DNA of 64,000 nucleotides, taken from contig NC_043016.1 in assembly GCF_006345805.1 (NCBI RefSeq), forward strand, positions 23,436,001 to 23,500,000. The letters are read 5' to 3'. This DNA is from Octopus sinensis (taxonomy: Eukaryota). Shown here in pieces: positions 53,600 to 64,000 of the stretch; position 1 is the first letter of the stretch; each line of letters opens with the position of its first letter. Both the position numbers and the translations under genes were made by a program. Below the pieces are notes generated by a model. The model was not told the origin of the DNA. It searched no databases and saw nothing but the letters and a program-made list of their open reading frames with translations.

Positions 53600-54135
53600 A
53601 AAGAAAAAAAAAAAACAAACAAATTCAACACTAACTGCCTCGACTAGTCGCACACAACGAGGTTCGATGGTACCTACTGAAGCAAGGCAACACGCTCGCG
53701 GCATTCATGGATGATGGCGAGGCTAAGGGTTGAAACAACCAAGCACCTTCATGGACATCATCCGACACCGAGGTAAGGCGAGACGCCAATAATGCCAAGA
53801 CCTTCGCTGTTAGTGGTCCATCTCCTCAAAACTTTTCAAGCGCAACAAGCTGCTAGAAATGATTCACTGACAGGTCCCAGTACTTAAGGATTTTGTTCCG
53901 TTCGGCAAGGGAAGCAGTGACCCTCCCATTTACCGCAGCGTCCAGAGGGAGCAAAGGCATCACAGACTGTGTCGTCCCAAACGAGGCACCTACTTCTTAC
54001 TCAGGGACAAAGAGTAAGATATCTGGTCTCTCCCATCACTTCTGGATATCCCCACAGGCTCCAGAACTGAGGAGACATTAACCCGGGCTTCTCAATGATT
54101 AAGAAGTTTGAATGTATCCTGATATATAGAAGCGA
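53600..54135 (-). mobile_element. CRE-clade non-LTR retrotransposon 3' end (RLE domain)
   Basis: Across frameshifts: (L)EPVGISRSDG, GRCLVWDDTVCDAFAPS, ASLAERNKILKYWDLS, LASRLTSVSDDVHEGAWLFQ-LSLAIIH-NAASVL. Confidence 0.75.
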
Positions 54136-55319
54136 TAGTGCTTCTGCAGTAGATTTTTTTTAGTTCCCTTGATATGCCGTATATCCACAGTAAACTGTAA
54201 AATATAACCAAGGTGTTTGCTTTCTTTTGGGTACCATTCAACCGTGTTGGATTATAATGCGTTGGTTATTGGTTGAAGATTGGCATACATGGTGAAGGTT
54301 CTTCCTTCCAATGAATAATGAGAGTAAGTTATTGACATAGAAACTGCAGTCTTCCTATATTTGAGTGGGTGCACGCAATAAATAAATGATTTCGGAAGTC
54401 CTTTGGTCATAAGTATGTCGAGCAAGCAGAATAACGAGACGAGTGCCATTGTGAGTGTCTATCTGAGATTGAATATCATCTTCGATTGGCTTAAGAAAAA
54501 TCGCCAGTTCAGAGGAAATAGACAAGACGAAAGTAGAAGGATAAGTATCTCTATTTGAAGACAAAATATCCATAATGTTGTGTGAAATTGTCGTAATTAA
54601 ACACAAATTAGTAGGAACGACGCATATGAAAAGATTAAATACAGCTATTACATCGAAATTGGGATAAAATTCGCTCAAGAATCATTCATTCAAGAGAAGA
54701 GACTTTCTTCGGTGTTGAGAGGTGGATTTGACTGCAACTTCGAACAAAACGAAAATTACGTCTAAGTCTTTAGTAGTCACGCTGACATCCTTTGTTAAAG
54801 TAATGAGCAATGGTGTCTGCCTCCTTTGATCTTCAGTCATTTTCATGGTGGTGGTGACGAGTTGATGTTCACGTGTTTGAGTCAGGTCTACTTCCATGGC
54901 TTTTGCTGGCTTCTTGAGTTGAACATTACCAAATGTTGTGATGAACGTTGAATTTCATGATCTAACTATCCGTTTCTTTAGTCGAGGGTCGCTGTTGTGA
55001 AGATAAACGTCGGATATCACCAATGCCGATTGTCTTATTGTCTACAGGGGCCTAAACACAGAGGGGACAATACAAGACAGACAAAAACACAAAAGTGGGG
55101 ACAAAAAAAAACCTGGACGTTAAAAGGATGAGTAAAAATAAGATAAAATGAAAAATGAAATGAAGCCACTCGACCCCACGTCCGGGCGACTTCATTTATC
55201 CTTATTATAAACGATGGATTATGTCTTTTTGGAACTTTTTATCACTAAGAATGTCTATTTGAAAATTTTGAATAAGTTCAATATAACTTAGCAACTTTGG
55301 CAATTTCCCAGAGTCAACT

Positions 55320-55860
55320 TTCATTTCCTAGCAATGCGCATCGTCCCCGTATCCTTTCAGACCACATTTGTAGCAGCAAGGGATCCTACCCTCCACTCTA
55401 ACCCTGAGTATTACATCTTCAACTGTAATGGTCTCGACCATATTTTCCAGGTCCTCCGGGGCCACCTGTATTACCATATCCAGGCTTTGCTCTTGCCAAT
55501 TCTATGTGCAGTGCTGGTGGCTTGGAGGACCACTATCTTTTCTTCCAAGGTATATGGACAGAAGTACCACCTCATCAGTTTTTAAGGAGGTTGCCAAGTG
55601 TAGCCTGGCAGGATCTTTATCACGGAACTGCACCTCTACTGTTCCGAATTTTTTTCCTCTGGCAAGGTAAGAAATTCCCTGCCAGATGAGTTTTAATGCC
55701 TTTTCAATTTGATTCGTACTCATTAATTCGATTTTCTTGGTTATAATACTGTAGGTTCTATAGATTATCCCCTTTTCTTTGGTTTTTCTGTATTACTTCA
55801 GGGGAGGAGACACCTTTACATCGTGCCCCTCCCTACAAAGCATATTCTTGTATGGGTGTC
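55320..55860 (-). pseudogene. L1/Tx1-like ORF1 fragment with zinc knuckle
   Basis: KTKEKGIIYRTYSIITKKIELMSTNQIEKAL...RGKKFGTVEVQF...IYLGRK...RVRVEGRIPCCYKCGLKGY. Confidence 0.7.
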
Positions 55861-56289
55861 ACCAATGTTGCAATAGTTTACTTGGCTGGTGCCGACTAAT
55901 CATGTGAAACAGTAGGGTTCACTCATGGTGTCTGACTGGTTATTCAGCGGTTAAGGTTTCGAATCATCACTACCTCTACAAATATTATTTCTTTATTGAG
56001 AGCACTAGCATAGCTATAGTGTATGCCGTCGAGGGCATCCCTTCTGTTTGCCATCCCCGGACCCTACAAAAAACACATATTGCCTACAGAAGATCCAAAA
56101 GTGCTGCCCCTATAAAAGTGCCGCCTGGGGCAGACTGCTCTTACCGCAACCCCAGGAATTACAAAAGATAAATTAGCTGCAGAAGTCATTCAGAATGAAA
56201 TGACTTCTCTTCTTCCAACATTATTTTCTGCTTCTAAAACTGAAAGTAAATTTTCGTGTTTAGATAAAATGCATGGCAGTAATAATAAT

Positions 56290-56750
56290 ATATTCTTTTA
56301 TTGGCCACAAGGACTAATATATACAAACATAAAAGTATATACAATAACATTAAAAGACAAAAAAACTGGACGATACAATAGGTTTTTATGTTCGTGTACA
56401 CAGTAAATAACAGAAAAAAATTAATATAAAATTCCCAATAGAGGGAGGTGCTTTAAACGTTACTTGTGGAAAAAGCTACAGGTGTCTGATCAATAGGGCA
56501 AGAGCCCTTCTTTTATTTTTTACAGGTGTATACTCAGAATTGGTTCTTTCACACTGGCCATTCTTTCAACATTCACCCATCTTTCAATAAACTTGCAAGA
56601 AGACACCTCTTCCAGTGTGAACGACCAAAATGCCTTCCTCTTTTTATGGCATGTTTGCATATGCAAATAATGGCAAACTTTTGTGCATAGATTTAAATAA
56701 TGTCAGTTGAAGGATTCTGGGAAGGGTTGGCCGACCAGTTCATATTCTTT
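56290..56750 (-). mobile_element. L1/Tx1-like ORF2 C-terminus and 3' UTR
   Basis: EEVSSCKFIERWVNVERMASVKEPILSIHL*, then a T-rich UTR ending GTCCTTGTGGCCAATAAAAGAA. Confidence 0.55.
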
Positions 56751-56930
56751 TCTATTCTATGCACAAGGCCTGAAATTTGTGGGGAGTCGATTAGATTGAC
56801 CCCAGTAAGGGCCGAAATTTGTGGGGAGGGGAGCTGATTAGATTGATCTCCAGTACACAACTGGTACTTAATTTATCAACCTTGAAAGGACGAAAGACAA
56901 AGTCAGAACGTAAAGCCAGACAAAATACCT

Positions 56931-57160
56931 ATTTCTTTACTACCCACAAGGGGCTAAACACAGAGGGGACAAACAAGGACAGACAAACGGATTAAGTCGA
57001 TTACATCGACCCCAGTGCGTAATTGGTATTTATTTAATCGACCCCGAAAGGATGAAAGGCAAAGTCAACCTCGGCGGAATTTGAACTCAGAACGTAGCGG
57101 CAGACGAAATACCGCGAAGCATTTCGCCCGACGTGCTAACGATTCTGCCAGCTCGCCGCC
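56931..57160 (-). mobile_element. Well-preserved Meta-domain SINE (partial second head at 57175-57232)
   Basis: Full head, core and tail of the 6749 family; CpG-rich. Confidence 0.85.
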
Positions 57161-58314
57161 TTTCAAAATACCAGACAAAATACCACTAAGCATTTTGTCA
57201 GGCGTGCTAACATTTCTGCCAGCTCACCGCCTTCCGTCTAGCTCATATTGTGCACAAAATTCTGCTCAAATCGTAGCTGATGTTGAAATAATTGTCATGA
57301 ACTTTTTTTTTAAAAAAAGCGAAAAAATGTTTTGTGATTTTTCAATTCTCCCACATTCTACAACTCATGGTTCTTGTTAATGAATGCAATGGAAAAAATC
57401 TTCACTTTTTCAATGCACAGAAATCCTACTTTAATTTCAAAGAAAAGACACCGAAAATTCCTCTTGACTTTTTTCCTTTTGCAATGATCAATTGAGCAAA
57501 GCTTACTCATTTCTTGTTCACAGTTTTCAATATTTTTTAGCAATAACATTACGCAAATTGCAAAAAAAGGAAAGAAAAGTGTTACTGAAGTACTCCATTG
57601 TTTAAAAGTGTTTAAAGGAATTTGTTTGTGTAAATGAAAGAATTAACGAAAAGTTTATCCCTCTAAGAGTCAAGACCTAACTCAATAGTGACGACAGTTT
57701 GTTTGAACAGAAAGAAATTCCAACTTGAAGTGAATGGTTATTACATTACTTGCCATAACTATTTTGCAGAATAGTCTTAAGGAATTGGATGCTTTTAAAT
57801 GGACATAACTAAATACTCGGTCAACATGTGAACAAGTGAAAATAATCATGTCTTAAGATAATTTTTTTTTTAAATTGACAACATTCTTATTACTTTACTG
57901 ACCATAATTGAACAAATGAAAACTCATTGAACACGAAATGCAACTTAAATCTGAAGAATAGAAAGTAACAACAGTAATGCCATGAAAAGTGGCAGTCTGT
58001 AGGCGGACGTCAGCAATAGGTAGCACATACAAGTTGGAACTTGTCGGTTTTGACAGGAGGTTTTTCAGATAATTTTTTTCGTGGTGCCCTTGGAAATGAG
58101 GGGAGCATCTTTCTTAACAATACAGATGGCATTTTCATTTTTCTTAAACCCTTTTTTTTTTTCCATTACTCAATTAAATGAATTACAGAGATGTACTTGC
58201 ATAGCAAGTGACCTGATCTGAAATTGTGTACTGAAACAAAAACAATTGCAGCATGGGAGATGTTTATAAGTCATTTAGAAACACACAAAAAGCATTAAAT
58301 TCACTTCAACATTT

Positions 58315-58451
58315 AAATTCAATTTGTCTAAATATTTTTGTCGCTTTGAGATCGCGACCTGTTCACTGACAAAATTCCGTGCTGCATGGAATTTTGTCAG
58401 TAAGCAGGTCGGGGTCTCAAAGTGACAAAAATATTTTGACAAATTAAATTT
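58315..58451. repeat. Imperfect ~135-bp hairpin/palindrome
   Basis: Arms 58321-58378 and 58388-58445 with a 9-nt loop. Confidence 0.85.
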
Positions 58452-58620
58452 CAATTAATTCTATACAGAGGTCCCATAATAATATGAAGGGGAGGTAATC
58501 TAGTTTTACCAAAACTACAGTTAATGATGTAAGAGCCCCCACAATATTGTCTGTTTTCACTCTGATCTTTTACCTCGCAGTATCGTCTGTTTTTAATCTG
58601 ATGTTTTACAGTGCACACTT

Positions 58621-58885
58621 GTTAGGGTTAGGGTTAGGATTATGCAGAAAACGGGTGGTGCACGTATTCTTTACCTTCACCAGTTAGGGGTTAGGGTTAA
58701 GTTTTGACTTACACAGGGACCACTTATGTGAAGTCACAGTACTTTTGATAAAACTAGATTATCCGCCCCTTTATATCATTACATAGATGCGTCGAGACCT
58801 TGGTATTTATGTAGGGTAAAAGTAAAGAATACGTACACCCCATGTTTAGGGTTTAGAGTTAGGGTTAGGGGTTAAGGTTAGGGTT
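58621..58885 (+). repeat. Short degenerate TTAGGG tracts inside a small inverted-repeat element
   Basis: TTAGGGTTAGGGTTAGG at 58622, with further tracts at about 58684 and 58845-58884; internal inverted GTATTCTTTAC/GTAAAGAATAC. Confidence 0.7.
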
Positions 58886-59412
58886 TTTGTTACGCCAAAA
58901 ATGAGTGGTGTACATATTCTTTACCTCTGCCTTTAAGAAGTACCAATTAAATACGTTTATGGGGAGAAAATATTAAACAACAGCTAAATCACACTTAACT
59001 TTATGCATAGTGAAACCATATTCAGCACCATGTTTATGAATTTCTTTCTTTATTGCCGCCGAAAACAAAACAAAACAAAATGACTAAAACTTACCTTTTT
59101 ATATGCAACTCTATGGTATTTAATGAATCTCAACAGTTTACGACAGGTGAAGTTTTCGTGTTTAGAAAGTGTTCCTAAAAGCATCTTTTTAGTAAAAAAA
59201 ACTTTCGAAAAATATTTTTTCTTTACCCCACCTCCCCACCAACCGATTTTGGTCAATGTTGTGGGCACTATCAACGATAATTTTTTTCTACCCAACATCC
59301 TTTGGACTGATTTTGATCTATTTTGTGGGCACTATGCACTTAAAAACGATGGGATAAAAATTTTTGAAAAATATTTCTTTTAAACCCCTTCCCCTGTGGA
59401 CTAATTTCATTT

Positions 59413-59620
59413 GATTTTGTGGGCACTACACAAGATGATTCCCTCTCCCCGGACCGATTTCGGTCGATTCTGTGGGCACTACACATGATGATTCCCTCTC
59501 CCCAGATCAATTTCAATCGATTCTGTGGGCACTATACAAGATGATTCCCTCTCCATAGACCAATTTCAGTCGATTTTGCGGGCACTACATACAATGATTT
59601 TCCCCTCACCCCGACCAATT
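59413..59620 (+). repeat. 53-bp minisatellite (4 copies, plus degenerate copies upstream)
   Basis: GATT(T/C)TG(T/C)GGGCACTA starts at 59413, 59466, 59519 and 59572. Confidence 0.9.
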
Positions 59621-59724
59621 TTGGGCAAAACAGCTAAATCACATTTAACATTTTCCATAGTGAGACCATATTCAATACTGTATTTATGAATTTCTCTCTC
59701 TAGCTATTGCTCTCTCTCTCTCTT

Positions 59725-60110
59725 TACTCTTTTACTTGTTTCAGTCATTTGACTGCAGCCATGCTGGAGCACCGCTTTTAGTCGAACAAATCAACCTCAG
59801 GACTTATTCTTTGTAAGCCTAGTACTTATTCTATCGGTCTCTTTTGCCAAACTGCTTAGTTACAGGAATGTAAACACGCCAGCATCGGTTGTCAAGCAAT
59901 ATTGGGGGGGGGGACAAACACAGACACACACACACACACATATATACAACAGGCTTCTTTCAGTTTCCGTCTACCAAATCCACTCACAAGGCTTTGGTTG
60001 GCCTGAGGCTATAGTAGAAGACACTTGCCAAAGGTGCCACACAGTGAGACTGAACCCAGAACCATGTGGTTGTTAAGCAAGCTACTTAGCACACAGCCAC
60101 TCTTGCTGTT
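59725..60110 (-). mobile_element. CORE-type SINE
   Basis: Reverse complement of the 62029 family. Confidence 0.8.
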
Positions 60111-60539
60111 GAAAAAGAAAAAAGAAAAAAAGACTAAAACTTACCTTTTCATCCATGACTCTTCTGGCATTTTATCTCATCAATTTATGACAGGTAATTT
60201 TTTTGTGTTTAGAAATTATGCCCTCTTCTTTCAAATAATCTATAATGGTTTCTAGACTTTATCTAGAGATAACTAATACTATTGCAATATTCATATAGAA
60301 CTAAAAAAAATATTACCTATCCTTTAGTGACATGTTTCCAAACTTCAATCTTCCTGCAAATGAAATAGTTTTCACTTTGGAGTACAGGTCAGAAATGGTT
60401 AGAATTTAATACTGAAACTGGAATTTTAATTTTCTTGCCATCTTATTACTTACACTTCAAACATCATTTTTCACAATTTTTTTTATTTATTTACTAAAAA
60501 GATGCTCTCCGTCATTTCCAAAGGCAATGTGGAAAAGAA

Positions 60540-60830
60540 ATCTGAAAAATCCCCGCCAAAACAAAGTCCAACTTGTGTATGCTACCTATCTCTAATGTCT
60601 GCCATTCTGTATTTCAACAAATTGAATTTGCAGAGCAATTCTCAGAGTTGTTATGCCAATACTTGTTCAGCATACTGTCTTGTAATGCTAATGTTGAGCC
60701 AGTTTTCTCAATAACAAATGTTCAAAGGAACCAAAAACAAAAAAAAAAGGCATATTAAAATTCAAGCAGAACCAAGATTATCCATGAAAGGAACTTGCTA
60801 AAAATAGCTATATCAATGAAATATAATTAA
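60540..60830 (+). mobile_element. hAT transposase C-terminal dimerisation remnant
   Basis: LLCQYLFSILSCNANVEPVFSITNVQ resembles the hATC S...NA..ER.FS motif. Confidence 0.5.
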
Positions 60831-62028
60831 AGGTGAGATATTTCAAGTTTGCATTCTGTTGACTAAGGCATTAGTTTTTCATGTGTATTTGTAAAATTAA
60901 TTATTTAATATTAATCTCAACATATTTAGATATGTTTATAGAAATTAGAATTTATTTTTATTTCAATATGAAGATTTCCTGCACTTGTGTCTTTGTGAAG
61001 CCTGGCACCATATCTTTGATAATAAAATAGCCCATCCGTATAAAGTTTCATACATTTGTGACTTCATCACCAACACAGTTCAAGGTGTTTAGGTTGCAGA
61101 TGAGTGTCAAAACTTCATTGAATACAATACTATTAAGAAATATAACAAAACTGAAACATAATAGTGTTTAAAATATGGCTGTCATGTCTCCATTATAGGC
61201 ACAGTCAGGTCAAATGGTTAAGTTCACTTTATAACCACTAAGTCCTTGGTTCAATCCCACTACGAAAAATTTCGGATAAATGCCATATTTTAAAGTCTTA
61301 GGTCAACTCAATTGAGTTGATGGAAACTGTAAAGAAATGTGTTGGATAGATTCAAAAATTACAAACTGCTGTTTCTGCCTGAGAATTTCAGTAAAGGTAC
61401 ACGTGTCTGTGGAATGGTCAGCTGCATGATAATTAAAATGAAAAGAGTAGGTAATTCAGTTTATTGAACAACTGAATCTTCATTATCACATTATTGAACT
61501 AAGAAAATCCACCATGTCATCCAATGACTGGATTGAGAATGGTGTAATTATAGTGACATCTATTGGAGTACAGAAAGCACATGCTATCCAATTCCAAAAC
61601 AGATGAGTGTGAATTTCTCAATAGCACTTTACTAAATTGTTTACATGGAGTAATGAATTGAAGATGGTGAACTTCAATGCCTACTTCAATGGTCAGTTTC
61701 AAATCACATCCAAAAATGAAGAGTGCTGTGAAAAACATTTGAGCAGATGAAGTAATAAGATATGTTCAGCAGCTGTGTGATGGTCAAATCATTAGGAAAG
61801 GGCAGTCTACTATGCAAGCTGTCTTGTTACATGCCAAGCTTGTTTGCTGCTGTCTTGTCAGCAGTGTACTGCAACAAGCAGCAAAATGGGAGCATTGCCA
61901 GTTATGTAAACTGAAGAATGTTATTGCTTAGGAAGAATCAAATAAAGGATACATAAGACAGCTTTAGTTAATAACCGTACTGAAAAGGTTCTTGGGAAAG
62001 GTTCTTAACTAAAAGTTTGGTACTTGTA

Positions 62029-62415
62029 GGCACAGGAGTAACTGTGTGGTAAGTAGCTTGCTTACCAACCACATGGTTCCAGGTTCAGTCCCACTGCATG
62101 GCACCTTGGGCAAGTGTCTTCTACTATGGCCTTGGGCTGACCAAAGCCTTGTGAGTGGATTCGGTAGATGGAAACTGAAAAAGCCTGTCATATATATATG
62201 TATATATATGTGTGTGTGTCTGTGTTTGTACCCCCACCATCACTTGACAACCGATGCTGGTGTGTTTATGTCCCCATAACTTAGCGGTTTGGCAAAAGAG
62301 ACCAATAGAATAAGTACTAGGCTTATAAAGAATAAGTCCTGTGGGTGATTTGCTCGACTAAAGGCGGTGCTCCAGCATGGCCACAGTCAAATGACTGAAA
62401 CAAGTAAAAGAAAAA
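62029..62415 (+). mobile_element. Full-length CORE-type SINE
   Basis: tRNA-like head GGCACAGGAGTAACTGTGTGGTAAG...GGTTCAGTCCC, core GGCACCTTGGGCAAGTG, tail AAATGACTGAAACAAGTAAAAG. Confidence 0.85.
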
Positions 62416-62639
62416 GAATAGTCAAAATGCATAAAATTGTGCAATTTCCAATATATTTCCTCACAATAGCCTACATTTCATGCGATATGTAGAAGAGTGG
62501 ATGGGCACTAGATCTGACTTCGTTGAAAGCTTTAGGCTAATCTAAACTGACCAGACCCCACCAAAATTGACCATTCTTGGATCCTGACCCAAGCAAAGTT
62601 GATTTTGTTCCCATCTTCAGAGTTTGGATCACTACAATA

Positions 62640-62824
62640 CCGATTACCCTATCAGGCCCATTTAACATTGTATGTTCAGTCTGCAAGAGGTTTCCCTACC
62701 TCACCTTCTGTATGTTTTGGCACTCAAGTTATTGCTGTAGAAATTAGAGGTATTGAGAAGTACTCACTGAAAGTGGGGCACAGAAGAGATTTATCTGCAT
62801 ACATGGACAACACAACTGTCATAA
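62640..62824 (+). mobile_element. L1/Tx1-like RT fragment, cut by a Helitron-like 5' end at 62825
   Basis: GPFNIVCSV..GFPTSP..YVLAL...LSAYMDNTTVI (RT motifs B/C), followed by A|TCTATATATATAAAGC. Confidence 0.55.
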
Positions 62825-62899
62825 TCTATATATATAAAGCTAAAGTTGTCTGTGTATGGCAGGTTTGATAGCTTTCAACTAACACTATCTCCTCCAAGA

Positions 62900-63560
62900 C
62901 CCTGCAGCGCAAGTTGACCAAAATTGAGAGTATGATAGAAGAAGGCTTGCTCTTCCTTCCGTAGAAGAAAAAATTCAAATCGGACCATGATAAGTGGAGT
63001 GGCCAGTCTTGCTCAGAAATGAGCTGAGATGAATTTTTCGCATGGGACGTCAAGCGAAAGTGGCTAACATTTTTATGATCTCTTCTACATAGCCATTGTT
63101 TTCTATTTTTGATAGCATTTGCTCTGTTTAGAATATATACACTTTCACATTTTGTGGTTGGAACAAGTTCTATTGGTCAAGAGGTCCATCTACAACTGAT
63201 AACCATTCTTAACTGCAGTTCTCAGTCAAGTACAGACTGAGTTTGGAAATCTGGCATTTGAAATGGCACCAGACTCTTAGTTTTCCAACTGGACAGTATG
63301 GTTGATGGAGTGTCAGTCTTCATATTCTGTAGATTTGTGAATGGTGAGAACACTAATGACCTAGGAATTGTTTAGGCTTTGATGAGGGCAGTCTGGATTG
63401 TCAGTTCTCAATGACTTTCGGGTCAAATATTATGGACAGTTTGCAAAGTTCCTTTGTAGCACTGCTACGTCAGAAACTTTTGCTAATTGAAGATAAATTC
63501 TACAGACATGGCCATACAAGAGCCACCTGTTTTCACTTGTTTAGTGTTTGTTCAGTTTGT
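62900..63560 (-). mobile_element. Highly degraded RTE-like ORF2 C-terminal region
   Basis: KVSDVAVLQR and IYRMKTDTPSTIL.QLEN-like remnants. Confidence 0.35.
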
Positions 63561-64000
63561 GGGTTTATGTCTAGCAGCTGTTATCACATGCAAGATGGAT
63601 TTATCTAACCACTGAGTTTATCAGGAAAATCAGCCAACCACTTTATTTTTGCAAGGAATAGCAAAAAGTGTTCCTCATCAACTTTTTCAATTATTATTTG
63701 AAAGGGAAGGAATGGTGGAGATGCTTCCCTCTGAGAAAATATGAAAAGTGGGTGATATTGTCAAGGCTAATCAGCTCTACTGCAACTATGCTGCTGTAGG
63801 TAAGCAGCATGAACTGGGAGACATAACTTGTCTTTGGTATGTCAAGATAATCCAGAGTATGTTTATGGGGTTCCCACAATCATACTATGTAGTTACCTCC
63901 AATCCCCATTTGGGGTTTCCTTTCATTTTGTTTTATATTGTTATTGCTATGTATTATTTAGGTTTAGGCATTCCTGTGTGTTTAAGACATCCACTTGCCA

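Noticed and set aside
54682-54684. In-frame TGA as a possible selenocysteine codon
   Set aside because: No SECIS recognised and the surrounding sequence is frameshifted relic DNA; a simple nonsense mutation is more likely.
59235-59625. CRISPR-like regularly spaced repeats
   Set aside because: The intervening sequence is also repeated (53-bp tandem unit, no unique spacers), there are no cas genes, and the context is eukaryotic.
61500-61760. Possible APE endonuclease remnants (also about 50400-50560), and LINE remnants at about 9500-9710, 31330-31700 and 63700-63900
   Set aside because: Similarity too degraded to call by eye; probably old LINE debris, needs a profile search.

Overview
AT-rich eukaryotic DNA with no recognisable host protein-coding gene. 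The repeat families (huge TA/CA microsatellites, RTE-tailed and tRNA-derived SINEs) look like an octopus/cephalopod intergenic or intronic region; this is inferred from repeat recognition. Nearly all long ORFs in the track (Y/I/H/T or M/C/V/Y-rich) are microsatellite artefacts. The real coding content is decayed transposons: CR1, RTE/RTEX, L2/Daphne-like, L1-Tx1, a CRE-clade RLE element, Naiad-type Penelope-like elements (PLEs), mariner/Tc1, hAT and non-autonomous Helitrons. Main observations: (1) a head-to-head PLE (inverted terminal repeat plus RT ORF) that can be reassembled by removing two Helitrons, with an 18-bp palindrome at the inversion point; (2) several hammerhead-ribozyme-like motifs, including a 385-bp palindrome with one on each strand and a compact near-canonical one at 46.27 kb; (3) a CRE-clade retroelement end; (4) a Helitron carrying a LINE ORF1 5' segment; (5) an intron-containing tRNA-Tyr half; (6) several young inverted or direct local duplications. 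All alignments and folds were done by eye, and TE boundaries are approximate unless TIR/TSD or terminal motifs are quoted.
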